Both the position numbers and the translations under genes were made by a program. The notes beneath the pieces are model-generated. The model was not told the DNA's origin. It searched no databases and was given only the letters and a program-made list of their open reading frames with translations. A stretch of 62,925 bases of DNA, filler included, from Coriobacteriales bacterium (GTDB lineage Bacteria; Actinomycetota; Coriobacteriia; Coriobacteriales; UBA8131), in NCBI GenBank assembly GCA_031263105.1. It is 5 parts of 5 records of this genome, joined end to end, with 100 filler letters (N's around TTAATTAATTAA, not from the genome) between each part and the next. Parts side by side here need not be neighbours in the genome. Positions count along the whole stretch, not along the records: positions 1 to 19,259 come from JAISGJ010000074.1; positions 19,360 to 42,458 come from JAISGJ010000194.1; 3 more parts are not named here. One strand, given 5' to 3'. This document shows positions 18,126-27,258 of this stretch, piece after piece. The first letter of the stretch is position 1, and each line of letters begins with the position of its first letter.

Positions 18126-19147
18126 GCGCTGCCCGGGCCGCTGCCCGGGCCGCCTCCTTCGGCGGCCTCGGCCCCGGGCCGCTCGGCGCTTTTCGTGAGC
18201 AGTACCGCCGCGATGCCGCAGGCGAGCACAAGGGTCACGGCCAGCCCGCCCTCAAGGCCGAAGGAGCCGCCGTTCAGCAGCTGGCCGCCTTCGGTGCCGA
18301 CGAAGGAGAACAGCGAGGGCATCGGAGACGCCCCGCTCACCGAGATGCCGAAGAAGCAGCCCTGCATGAAGTTCCATGCCGTATGGACAGCCCCTATGCC
18401 CCAGATGCTGCCGCGCTTCAGCATGTACAGGGCCGCGAACACGCCGAACACCACGATGTTCACGAACGCGAGGGCCGTGAAGCCGTCGTTGGGGACGTGC
18501 ATGAGGCCGAACACGACCGCGCTTGTGCCGATGGCAACGGCCATCCGCTGCCTGCGCGCCAGCGAGACGCAGAAGTAGCCCCGGCAGAGCAGCTCCTCGC
18601 TCATGCCCTGGAAGACGAAGCCGACGAAGAAGAGGGCGATGAGGACGCCCGTCGCGCCCACCGTCGCTTCCGTGGGCGTCATCGTCCCTGCGAGCACGCA
18701 GATGCCGAGGGCCGCCGAGAGCATGGCGGCGCCGACGAGCAGCCCCACGAGGTACTCGCGCAGCACATGGCCCCGGCGCAGCCCCAGGGTGGCCAGCTTG
18801 CGCCGCTCGATGAAGCGGCAGAACACGAGGACGCCCGCTATCATCCCGATGGTCGCAAACAGCATCAGTGCCGTCCCGAGCGGGTTTGCGAGGATTCCGT
18901 TGACGGCCGAGTCGTACAGCGAGACGTCGGGGGCGCCCCCCGCGAGCGCGCCCCGCACGATGTCTTGGAACGCGCCGTCGGCCAGCAGGAGGGGTATGAG
19001 GCCCACCAGCATGACACCGCCTTCGAGCACGATCCCCGCAGCGACGAACACCGCCACGTAGATGAGTATCTCGATTGCAAGCGGCCGGCTCTTGCTCTGC
19101 TGGCGGGCCTCCGCCAGCATGCGCGGCTCGGAAAGGCTGAATGGCAT
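18122..19147 (-). CDS. CPBP (CAAX/Abi) family intramembrane metalloprotease
   Basis: EELLCRG, FGLMH, H.AWN motifs; multiple TM helices; AGAAAGGA RBS. Confidence 0.9.
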   Translation of the reverse strand: MPFSLSEPRMLAEARQQSKSRPLAIEILIYVAVFVAAGIVLEGGVMLVGLIPLLLADGAFQDIVRGALAGGAPDVSLYDSAVNGILANPLGTALMLFATIGMIAGVLVFCRFIERRKLATLGLRRGHVLREYLVGLLVGAAMLSAALGICVLAGTMTPTEATVGATGVLIALFFVGFVFQGMSEELLCRGYFCVSLARRQRMAVAIGTSAVVFGLMHVPNDGFTALAFVNIVVFGVFAALYMLKRGSIWGIGAVHTAWNFMQGCFFGISVSGASPMPSLFSFVGTEGGQLLNGGSFGLEGGLAVTLVLACGIAAVLLTKSAERPGAEAAEGGGPGSGPGSA

Positions 19148-19259
19148 GGCGTTCCTTTCTGAAGTCTTGTGCGTACTGCCACAGGGTGCCCGGAGGGGAA
19201 TCGGGTACCCTGTGGACAGTGGCATCCTGCGTTACCTGTCACACCCCTGTCATTCCGAA

Positions 19260-19359
19260 NNNNNNNNNNNNNNNNNNNNNNNNNNNNNNNNNNNNNNNNN
19301 NNNTTAATTAATTAANNNNNNNNNNNNNNNNNNNNNNNNNNNNNNNNNNNNNNNNNNNN
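19260..19359. other. Artificial contig-joining linker
   Basis: N44-TTAATTAATTAA-N44 with stop codons in all six frames; identical at four places. Confidence 0.97.
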
Positions 19360-19530
19360 CCGCTGGCGCGGTCGAAGATTCCTCGACAGGCTCGGAATGA
19401 CAGTGATGGCTCGGGATGGCAGTGGGGACTCGGGATGGCAGTGGGGGCTCGGGATGGCAGTGGGGGCTCGGGATGGCAGTGGGGGCTCGGGATGGCAGTG
19501 GGGGGCGTGAGCTGCAGGCAGTGGGGTGTG
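19360..19530. repeat. Right end of a palindromic element plus 19-bp tandem array
   Basis: GATTCCTCGACAGGCTCGGAATGACAGT followed by about 5 GGGGGCTCGGGATGGCAGT units. Confidence 0.88.
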
Positions 19531-19542
19531 CGAACTGCAACT

Positions 19543-19616
19543 TGCGGGCAGAGGCACTGCGGGCAGAGGCACTGCGGACAGAGGCACTGCGGACAGAGGC
19601 ATTGCGGACAGAGGCA
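19543..19616. repeat. 15-bp tandem repeat (5 copies) upstream of the Mo-enzyme gene
   Basis: TGCGG[G/A]CAGAGGCA[C/T] x5. Confidence 0.85.
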
Positions 19617-19644
19617 AGGAAACGAACGAGAGAAGGAGGCAGGC

Positions 19645-21990
19645 ATGGCGGAATACAACAACGAGTACAACATGGAGCTGTATCCTGAGCAGCTCCACTG
19701 GCAGGAAGGCGACCTTACTGCCACGCGCACCACGATGTGGTCGGGGCCCGGCTGCCACGACGGCTGTCAGATCATCTTCTACACCGACAAGGACGGCACG
19801 CTCGTCAAGACCGAGGGCGACCCCAACAGCCCGCTGTCGCAGGGGCGCCTGTGCATGCGCTGTCTGGAGCTGCCCCAGATAGTCAACCATCCCGACCGCC
19901 TCAAGTACCCCATGAAGCGCACAGGGGAGCGCGGCGAGGACAAATGGGAGCGCGTCAGCTGGGACGAGGCCTACGACATCATCGAGGAGAACGTGCGGCG
20001 CTTCCAGAAGGAGACCGGCCCGGAGTCGATCGTCTCCATGATCGGCACCGGCCGCAACGTGTCGCAGGTCATCGCGCACAACCAGTACGCCAACTTCGGA
20101 GGCGCCGACCTGACGCTGTGCTTCCTGTCCGGCGACAGCTGCATGCTGCCGCGCACGGCGCTGTGCTTCGTGATCATGGGCAACCAGTGGGTGGCGGACA
20201 TGTCGCAGTACCGGCCGACGCGCTACGACGAGGACGAGGACTGGGTGCCCCCGGAGTGCATCCTGATATGGGGCACGAACCCCGTGATCAACAACGCCGA
20301 CGCCTTCCTCGGCCACTGGATAGTCGAGGCCATGAAGCGCGGCAGCCAGCTGGTGACCGTCGACCCGCAGCTTACCTGGATCGCCTCGAAGTCCAAGTAC
20401 TGGCTGCACATCCGCCCGGGCACCGATGCGGCGCTTGCGCTCGGCATGCTCAACGTCATCATCAACGAGGACATCGTCGACCACGACTTCATCGACACGT
20501 GGACCTACGGCTACGAGGAACTCAGGGAGCGCGTGCAGGAGTACCCGCCGGGCAAGGTCGCCGAGATCTGCTGGATCGACGAGGAGGAGCTGGTCGAGGC
20601 GGCACGCTTCTACGCCAAGGCACATCCCTCCACCATCCAGTGGGGCCTCGCCGTCGACATGAGCAAGATCGGCACGCAGACGGCACACGCCATCGCCTGC
20701 CTGGCCGGCGTGACGGGCAACATCGACAACCCCGGCGGCAACGTCCTCATCGACCAGGCCGCCGGCCTGGAGTTCGGCTACAACTCGGGCATCGAGTACG
20801 TGGACCCGCACATGGTCGCGATCCGCCTGGGCAACGAGAAGTACCCGCTCAAGAAGTACGGGTTCACCGCATCCTCGCAGTCCGACGCCATCCTCGAGGC
20901 CATCGAGACCGGGGAGCCGCGGCCCGTGCGCATGCTCTGGATCCAGTCCTCCAACCCTATCACCAACATGGGCCAGGACGCCCCGCGCATCTACCGGGCG
21001 ATGAAGAAGGTGGACTTCATCTGTGTCATCGACCTGTTCAAGACGCCGTACGCCGTGGCCTGCGCGGACCTGCTGCTGCCCTGCGCCATGAGCAACGAGC
21101 GCGACTGCATCCGTGTCTGGTTCGACCCCATGCGCTCGCTCACCAAGTGCTCCAGCTACTACGAGGCCAAAGAGGACGAGCAGATCATGATCGACCTGGG
21201 GCACCGCCTGTCGCCGGACAAGTGGCCCGAGTGGGTGCAGACCCCGCGCGACTACATGAACTGGCGCATGGACGGCGCCAATGTGGGCTATACCATGGAG
21301 GAGCTCGAGGAGACGTACCACGGCATGCACTACAGCCCCTTCCGCTACAAGAAGCACGAGAAGGGCCTGCTGCGCCCGGACGGGGAGGTCGGCTTCATGA
21401 CGCCCACGGGGCGCTACGAGTTCTTCAGCACCCTGTTCGAGAACTGGGACATGGACCCGTTGCCGTTTTACGAGGAGCCGCCCACCTCGCCCTACTCGAC
21501 GCCCGAGATGGCGGCGGAATACCCCTTCGTGCTCACGACGGGCAAGCGCTCCTTCGAGTTCTTCCACTCGGAGTGGCGCCAGAAGGGCACCACGAGCCGC
21601 GAGCTGCACCCCAACCCCTACTTCGACATCCATCCCGACGCGGCCGCACAATACGGCATAGCCGAAGGGCAATGGGCATGGATCGAGAACCACCTGGGAC
21701 GCTTTCGCCAGATCGCGCGCTACAACATCACGCTCGACCCTCGGATCGTCTCCACCGAGCACGGCTGGTGGTTCCCGGAGACCGAGGCGGCGGAGCCGAG
21801 CCTCTTCGGCGTGTTCGACTGCAACCCCAACAACGCGATCCCCATGTGCGAGAACGGGCCTTCCGGCTATGGCGCGCCCATCAAGTGCGGCATCTGCAAG
21901 GTCTATCCGGTCACACCGGAGAACTCGGGCCCGAAGGCCCAGCCCACCTATCAAGTGACCAGAGGAGGAGGATACACCCATGGCGTCTAA
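19645..21990 (+). CDS. Molybdopterin (bis-PGD) dependent oxidoreductase catalytic subunit, DMSO reductase superfamily, no Tat signal
   Basis: WSGPGCHDGC..LCMRC, HPDRLKYPMKR, WERVSWDEA, RPGTDAALA, ADLLLP, PTGRYE, LTTG..FFHSE, IHP.AA; AAGGAGG RBS. Confidence 0.92.
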   Translation: MAEYNNEYNMELYPEQLHWQEGDLTATRTTMWSGPGCHDGCQIIFYTDKDGTLVKTEGDPNSPLSQGRLCMRCLELPQIVNHPDRLKYPMKRTGERGEDKWERVSWDEAYDIIEENVRRFQKETGPESIVSMIGTGRNVSQVIAHNQYANFGGADLTLCFLSGDSCMLPRTALCFVIMGNQWVADMSQYRPTRYDEDEDWVPPECILIWGTNPVINNADAFLGHWIVEAMKRGSQLVTVDPQLTWIASKSKYWLHIRPGTDAALALGMLNVIINEDIVDHDFIDTWTYGYEELRERVQEYPPGKVAEICWIDEEELVEAARFYAKAHPSTIQWGLAVDMSKIGTQTAHAIACLAGVTGNIDNPGGNVLIDQAAGLEFGYNSGIEYVDPHMVAIRLGNEKYPLKKYGFTASSQSDAILEAIETGEPRPVRMLWIQSSNPITNMGQDAPRIYRAMKKVDFICVIDLFKTPYAVACADLLLPCAMSNERDCIRVWFDPMRSLTKCSSYYEAKEDEQIMIDLGHRLSPDKWPEWVQTPRDYMNWRMDGANVGYTMEELEETYHGMHYSPFRYKKHEKGLLRPDGEVGFMTPTGRYEFFSTLFENWDMDPLPFYEEPPTSPYSTPEMAAEYPFVLTTGKRSFEFFHSEWRQKGTTSRELHPNPYFDIHPDAAAQYGIAEGQWAWIENHLGRFRQIARYNITLDPRIVSTEHGWWFPETEAAEPSLFGVFDCNPNNAIPMCENGPSGYGAPIKCGICKVYPVTPENSGPKAQPTYQVTRGGGYTHGV

Positions 21991-22318
21991 TGGCGAATAC
22001 GGACTGTTGATCGACTTCGAGTTCTGCTCAGGCTGCCATGCCTGCGAGGTGGCCTGCAAGACGGAGCACCGGATGCCGGAGGGCGACTTCGGCATCCATA
22101 TCCTGCAGGACGGGCCGCGCAAGAACTCCAACGGCACGTGGGAGTACCTCTACCTGCCGGTGCCCACGAGCCTGTGCGACCTGTGCGAGGAGCGCGTTGC
22201 GGCAGGCAAGCTGCCCACCTGCGTGCATCACTGCCAGGCAGGCGTCATGGCCTATGGCAGGCTGGCCGACCTCGCCGCCAAGGCCGGCAAGCCGACGGTG
22301 GCGATCTTCAGCCGTTGA
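21980..22318 (+). CDS. Small 4Fe-4S ferredoxin-type subunit of the Mo enzyme
   Basis: CSGCHACEVAC, CDLC and PTCVHHC; overlaps the upstream stop; GGAGGAGG RBS. Confidence 0.9.
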   Translation: MASNGEYGLLIDFEFCSGCHACEVACKTEHRMPEGDFGIHILQDGPRKNSNGTWEYLYLPVPTSLCDLCEERVAAGKLPTCVHHCQAGVMAYGRLADLAAKAGKPTVAIFSR

Positions 22319-22349
22319 GCCGGGCCCGAACCGAGCTGGGAGACGGCCC

Positions 22350-24059
22350 ATGCGGAACGGACATGCGCCCTGCCCTGACGCCGGGAAGACGCACGGATGC
22401 TCCGTGCCCCTCGATGTCGTGCTGGACCTCGAGGCATTGGAGCACCATCTTTGCCATCCCGCCAACCTCAAGCGCGGCTTCTGCTGGCCGGCACTGGCGG
22501 ATCCTACGCCGCCCGTCCCGGGCAGGCAGGGCGGGGGCCCGCTGCTGTACATAGTGGGGGCCGATGCCGCCAGGGGCTTCCTTGCGGGGCACGTCGAGGC
22601 CTTCTGCCTCGTCGTGCAGCCGGAGGGCGACCTTTCCGACTGGCTGGCGGAGTATGGCGACCGCGTGTGCGCCGTCTCCAGCACACTGGACGTCATGCAG
22701 ATATTTGCACAGGTCCAAGGCCTGTTCTCCCAGATAGCGCTGTGGCTGGGGGCCATGGAGCTTGCCATAGCGCGTCACGCCTCCCTGCAGCAGCTGCTCG
22801 ATGAGGGCGAGCAGGTGCTCCCTGGCTTCGTCTACATCTATGACGACAAGGGGAGCCTGCGTGCCTACACCAGGTCGATGGTGCCGCCGTCGCCGAGCTA
22901 CGTGGAGCTCGGGAAGACCGGCAACCTGAGGCCCGAACAGGTCCTGGGCCCTCACAGGAAGGACTTCGAGGCGCTTGCCTGCGAGGGCCCGACCGTCTGG
23001 CTCGAGAAGCCGACGGACGGGCAAACGGGAGAGCGAAGGCGCGAACGCCGCCTGTTCAGCTCGGTCGAGGTCGCCCATGCCGACATCTGCACCATCGTCA
23101 TGGTCGGCGGCCACACGCAGCCGACCAAGGGGCAGGTCACGTTGTTTGCGCTGTTCGTGACCTATGCACGAAGGCTCTGCCAGGCGCAGTGCCGCAGCGC
23201 TGCCGCCCTTGGCGCAGAGCCGCGACACGAGCTGTTCGACAAGCTCCTGAACGGAGAACAGCTGCACACCAGCTACATCGAGAGCCAGGCGAGGCGGTTG
23301 TCCGTTCCGACGGACGCCGAGCTCAAGCTGCTGCAGATAGGGCCGTTGCCGCCACAGGGACAGGCGCCCCTCCCCAGCGTCCTGCAGGAGGCAGGAAGGC
23401 TCAACGGCGGGGAATGCAGGGCCTTTTTCCATGAGGACAAGCTGTTGGTGCTCTGTCACTGCGAGAAGAGCGACAACCGCCTGTCCGTGCGCAGGATCGA
23501 CGCGGACCTGCGCACGCATCTTCACAGGCCGTTCGGGGCGGTCGCGTCGTCGTCCCAGGTGTTCTCCCACCTCAAGAACCTGGAATTCGCCTACCGGCAG
23601 ACGAACATAGCCTTCGACCTCAGAAAGGCCATCGATGCGGAGTTCCCCGGCAGCGGCCCGGACGGCTCCAGGGCGGTGTATGCCTTCGAGGACGCGTTCC
23701 TGTTCTATCTGATAACCCAAAAGGAGCCGGACGCGCGCTTCCTGGCCTTCTCGTTCTCGCATACGGTCCTGGAGAAGATCCATGCCGAGGACGTCGGGCA
23801 CGACACTGACGACGTGTGGCTGCTATGGCTCTACCTGCACTTCGAGCGCAGGGCCTCCGCCGTAGCCGAGGCCCTGCACATGCATCGCAACACCGTCATC
23901 TACCGCATCGAGCGCATCTGCAGGCGCTTCGACCTCGACTTCACGGACCAGGGCACACGCGACCGCCTGCTCCTGGACTACAAGGTCTACTTCCTCGCTG
24001 CGACCGACACGCACCAGCTCGCCCGCAAGATCCGCAAGAACGCCTCCCTCTCCTCCTGA
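22350..24059 (+). CDS. PucR/CdaR family transcriptional regulator
   Basis: C-terminal HTH AEALHMHRNTVIYRIERI; degenerate GGDEF-like middle region; start uncertain. Confidence 0.85.
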   Translation: MRNGHAPCPDAGKTHGCSVPLDVVLDLEALEHHLCHPANLKRGFCWPALADPTPPVPGRQGGGPLLYIVGADAARGFLAGHVEAFCLVVQPEGDLSDWLAEYGDRVCAVSSTLDVMQIFAQVQGLFSQIALWLGAMELAIARHASLQQLLDEGEQVLPGFVYIYDDKGSLRAYTRSMVPPSPSYVELGKTGNLRPEQVLGPHRKDFEALACEGPTVWLEKPTDGQTGERRRERRLFSSVEVAHADICTIVMVGGHTQPTKGQVTLFALFVTYARRLCQAQCRSAAALGAEPRHELFDKLLNGEQLHTSYIESQARRLSVPTDAELKLLQIGPLPPQGQAPLPSVLQEAGRLNGGECRAFFHEDKLLVLCHCEKSDNRLSVRRIDADLRTHLHRPFGAVASSSQVFSHLKNLEFAYRQTNIAFDLRKAIDAEFPGSGPDGSRAVYAFEDAFLFYLITQKEPDARFLAFSFSHTVLEKIHAEDVGHDTDDVWLLWLYLHFERRASAVAEALHMHRNTVIYRIERICRRFDLDFTDQGTRDRLLLDYKVYFLAATDTHQLARKIRKNASLSS

Positions 24060-24072
24060 CTCTGGTTCACGC

Positions 24073-24537
24073 CCCCACTGTCATTCCGAGCGGAGGCGGC
24101 GCCGCAGCCGAGGAATCCTTGGGTTCGAGCGCCCGGAAAACAGTCCGGTGGGTCCGAGCGCCCGGACGGGGTGCCGGTGGCACCCCGTCAGCGAAGAACG
24201 GGTGAAGCGCTTGCGCGAACCCACGGGTCTGTTTTCAGCGAGGACGGCGCGACAGTCCGGTGGACTGTCGCGGGGCGAAGCTGCGGAGCAGCGGGGGAGC
24301 CCATGGAACCGACAGGCCCACGGAACGCAAAGCGGCCAACCGCAGTCGGAAGGCGCTTCGATCCGCAGTCGGCTGCTTCGCAGCCGAAGATTCCTCGACG
24401 GGGCTCGGAATGACAGTGAGGGGTGAGCAGTAGACAGTGAGGGGTGAGCAGTAGACAGTGAGGGGTGAGCAGTAGACAGTGAGGGGTGAGCAGTAGACAG
24501 TGAGGGGTGAGCAGTAGACAGTGAGGGGTGAGCAGTA
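24073..24537. repeat. Long (~345 bp) palindromic element plus six 21-bp tandem copies of its end
   Basis: CCCCACTGTCATTCCGAGC...GCTCGGAATGACAGTG; GACAGTGAGGGGTGAGCAGTA x6 at 24412-24537. Confidence 0.9.
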
Positions 24538-24605
24538 ACCCCTGACAGGTCCGAGCAGAATCGTGCGCCGGTACCGACGGGCACACCGGCACCGGCGCAG
24601 GGCAC

Positions 24606-27215
24606 CTACGCGTACGTCTCGGCGAGGCAGGCGGAGCAGACGATGCGGCAGTTGTCCAGCTCCAAGGGGCCGTCCGGGTCGATGGGCATGGCCTCGAAGC
24701 CTCCGGGGGCCTGGCTGCCCTGCATGGGCATCGAGCAACGGGTGTTGCAGCGCACGGGCCCATGGGCGTGCTCGGCGGCCTCGCACTCGCAGCAGCCGCC
24801 CGCCCGCTCGAAGGCGGCGTTGACGACGACCGTCGGGAAGGGCCGCTCGATCCGGTAGTTGGCCTTCTGGGCTATCGACTTTCCCATCGTGGGATGCTCG
24901 ACGCGCTCGTAGGCCCAGCCTCCCCGCTCGGTGACCTGCACGGACGGCATGACCGTGCTGTTTTCTGGCGTGCAGGGATAGACCTTGCAGAGCAGGCCCT
25001 TGTAGGGCGCGCCGTAGCCGGTGTCCCCCACCACCATCATCGTGGTGAGGTTGTTGATGTTGGAGTCGAAGACGTCGAACAGGTGCGGGCTCGCCGCCTC
25101 CTTCTCCGGGAACCACCAGCCGTGCTCCGCGCTGACGCAGCCCTTCTTCAGGCCCGGGTTGAGGTGCGCCTTCTGCCGGCACCGCCCCCGCTGGTTCTCG
25201 ATCCAGACCCACTGGCCACCGGTGATTCCCAGATCGGCCGCGTCCTCGGGGTTGAGGTCGACGAGCGGGTCGGGATGGAACTCGCGCATGGTCGGCAGCT
25301 GGCGGTGCTCGGAGTGGAAGAACTCGTAGGAGCGGTGCCCGGTGGTGAGCACCAAGGGATACTCCTCGAAGAGCCCCGGTGTGCTCACCGGGCTCTCGGG
25401 CGGCTCCTCGTAATGCGGCAGCGGGTCGTTGCCGAAGGCCTTGAGGGTCGTGCAGTACAGCTCGATGCGCCCCGTCGGCGTGTTGAAGCCCGGCTGGCCG
25501 TCAGGGCGCAAGAGCCCCTTGACATGACGGTTGTATTCCAGCGGCTGCCAGTCGTAGACGCGCTCCTGCAGCTCCTTGAAGCCGTAGGGCACCCCGCCTT
25601 CGACAAGGCGGGCATCGAGCAGGTCGATGTCGGTCTCGTAGGGCCAGGCCTCGGGGTTCAGGCGCTTGCCGAGGTCGAGGATGATCTGCTCGTCGGATTT
25701 TGCCTCGTAGTACTGCGTGATCTTGGAGATGGCCCGAAGCGGGGTCCACCACGTGCGCAGCGAGTTGCGCTCGATGCTCATGCCGCAGGGCAGCACGACG
25801 TCTGCGCAGGCCACGGCCGTCGGCGTCATGAACACGTCCACGACCACGTTGAAGTCCGTGGAGCGGATGGCCTCGTAGATGCGCGGGGCCTCGGCGCCCA
25901 TGTTGGCGATGGTGTTGTTGCCTTGGAACCACAGCATCTTTATGGGGTAGGGCTTGCCGGTCTCGATGGCCTCAAGGACGCAGTCCGACGAGGCCGTGGC
26001 GCTCAGTCCGAACTGGTGCATCGGCGACATGTCGTCACCGATGCGCTTGGCGCGCATCTCGGCATCGAGGTTCTCGAAATACCCGCACTGGTAGGCGAGG
26101 TTCATGTGATACGACTCGCGGGCCAGGTAGTTGCCGCCCGGGGCCTCGATGTTGCCGCAGATGGCGTTCAGGGCCATCAGCCCATGCGCCTCGGAGATGC
26201 CGTTGACGCGCATGTCCGTGGTCAGCCCCCATTGCAGGGCGCCGGGCCTGGCCGCGGCGAACAGGCGCGAGGCCTTGACGATCTCCTCGGGCGTGACCCA
26301 GGCGACCTCGGCCGCGCGCTCCGGCGTCCACTCGCTGACGCGCTCGGCAAGCTCGTCGAAGCCGTAGCACCAGAGGTCGACGAACTCGCGGTCGTACAGG
26401 CCCTCCTTGATGATGACGTCGATCATCGCGAGGATGACGGCCCCGTCCGAGCCCGGACGGGGCTGGATGTGCACCTCGGCACGCGAGGCCAGCCAAGTGA
26501 CGTCGGGGTCCACGACGATGAGCCTGGTCGCGCCCTCGGCCATCATCTCGACAAGCCAATGGCCGAAGAAGCCGTCGCCGTTGCTCTTGAGCACGTTGTT
26601 GCCCCAGATCAGGACGACCTCCGGGTACACGTACTCGGGGTGCTCCCAACGCGCCTCGTTGAACTGGGACGCGTCCAGCACCGGCAGGTCGCCACAGACG
26701 CAGAACGACAGCGACGTGCGGGGCACCATGCAGCTGTCGCCGGACAGGAAGCCGAACGACATGTTGGGCGTGCCGAAGGCGGCGTAGCACACCAAGGGGT
26801 TCTGCCAGCACACGTTGCGCCCCGTGCCGATCATGCCGCAGATGCTCTCCGGGCCGTACCTGTCCCAGATCCTGCGGACGTTCTCCTCGATGATGTCGTA
26901 GGCCTCGTCCCAGCTGACGCGCTCCCACCGGTTCTCGCCGCGCTCGCCCACGCGCTTGAGCGGGTACTTGAGACGGTCGGGGTGGTTCACCGTCTCGGGG
27001 AGGTTGAGGCAGCGCATGCAGAGGTGGCCGTAGTTGTAGGGCTGGTTCGGGTCGCCTTCGACATGGTCGAGCCTGCCGTCCTTGACGTAGTACAGCATCC
27101 CGCAGCTGTTGTGGCAGCCCGGCGCCGACCAGTGGCAGGAGCGGTAGACGTCGAAGCCGTCCTCCTCCCAGTGGAAGTCCTTGCGGTAGGCCTCCTTGTT
27201 CACGGTGGTTCCCAT
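24606..27215 (-). CDS. Second molybdopterin-dependent oxidoreductase with an extra Cys-rich C-terminal domain
   Basis: CHWSAPGCHNSC..LCMRC, HPDRLKYPLKR, LSGDSC, PTGRIE, FFHSEHRQ; clear paralog of 19645-21990 with ~85 extra C-terminal residues. Confidence 0.92.
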   Translation of the reverse strand: MGTTVNKEAYRKDFHWEEDGFDVYRSCHWSAPGCHNSCGMLYYVKDGRLDHVEGDPNQPYNYGHLCMRCLNLPETVNHPDRLKYPLKRVGERGENRWERVSWDEAYDIIEENVRRIWDRYGPESICGMIGTGRNVCWQNPLVCYAAFGTPNMSFGFLSGDSCMVPRTSLSFCVCGDLPVLDASQFNEARWEHPEYVYPEVVLIWGNNVLKSNGDGFFGHWLVEMMAEGATRLIVVDPDVTWLASRAEVHIQPRPGSDGAVILAMIDVIIKEGLYDREFVDLWCYGFDELAERVSEWTPERAAEVAWVTPEEIVKASRLFAAARPGALQWGLTTDMRVNGISEAHGLMALNAICGNIEAPGGNYLARESYHMNLAYQCGYFENLDAEMRAKRIGDDMSPMHQFGLSATASSDCVLEAIETGKPYPIKMLWFQGNNTIANMGAEAPRIYEAIRSTDFNVVVDVFMTPTAVACADVVLPCGMSIERNSLRTWWTPLRAISKITQYYEAKSDEQIILDLGKRLNPEAWPYETDIDLLDARLVEGGVPYGFKELQERVYDWQPLEYNRHVKGLLRPDGQPGFNTPTGRIELYCTTLKAFGNDPLPHYEEPPESPVSTPGLFEEYPLVLTTGHRSYEFFHSEHRQLPTMREFHPDPLVDLNPEDAADLGITGGQWVWIENQRGRCRQKAHLNPGLKKGCVSAEHGWWFPEKEAASPHLFDVFDSNINNLTTMMVVGDTGYGAPYKGLLCKVYPCTPENSTVMPSVQVTERGGWAYERVEHPTMGKSIAQKANYRIERPFPTVVVNAAFERAGGCCECEAAEHAHGPVRCNTRCSMPMQGSQAPGGFEAMPIDPDGPLELDNCRIVCSACLAETYA

Positions 27216-27258
27216 GGCTCTCCTCACTTCCTTTCCGGTAACGAACGTCGATTGCGGC

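Noticed and set aside
19260..19359. TTAATTAATTAA motif as a biological site, and gene linkage across the N runs
   Set aside because: The identical 100-nt construct occurs four times and is an assembly/concatenation linker; ORFs crossing it are artefacts
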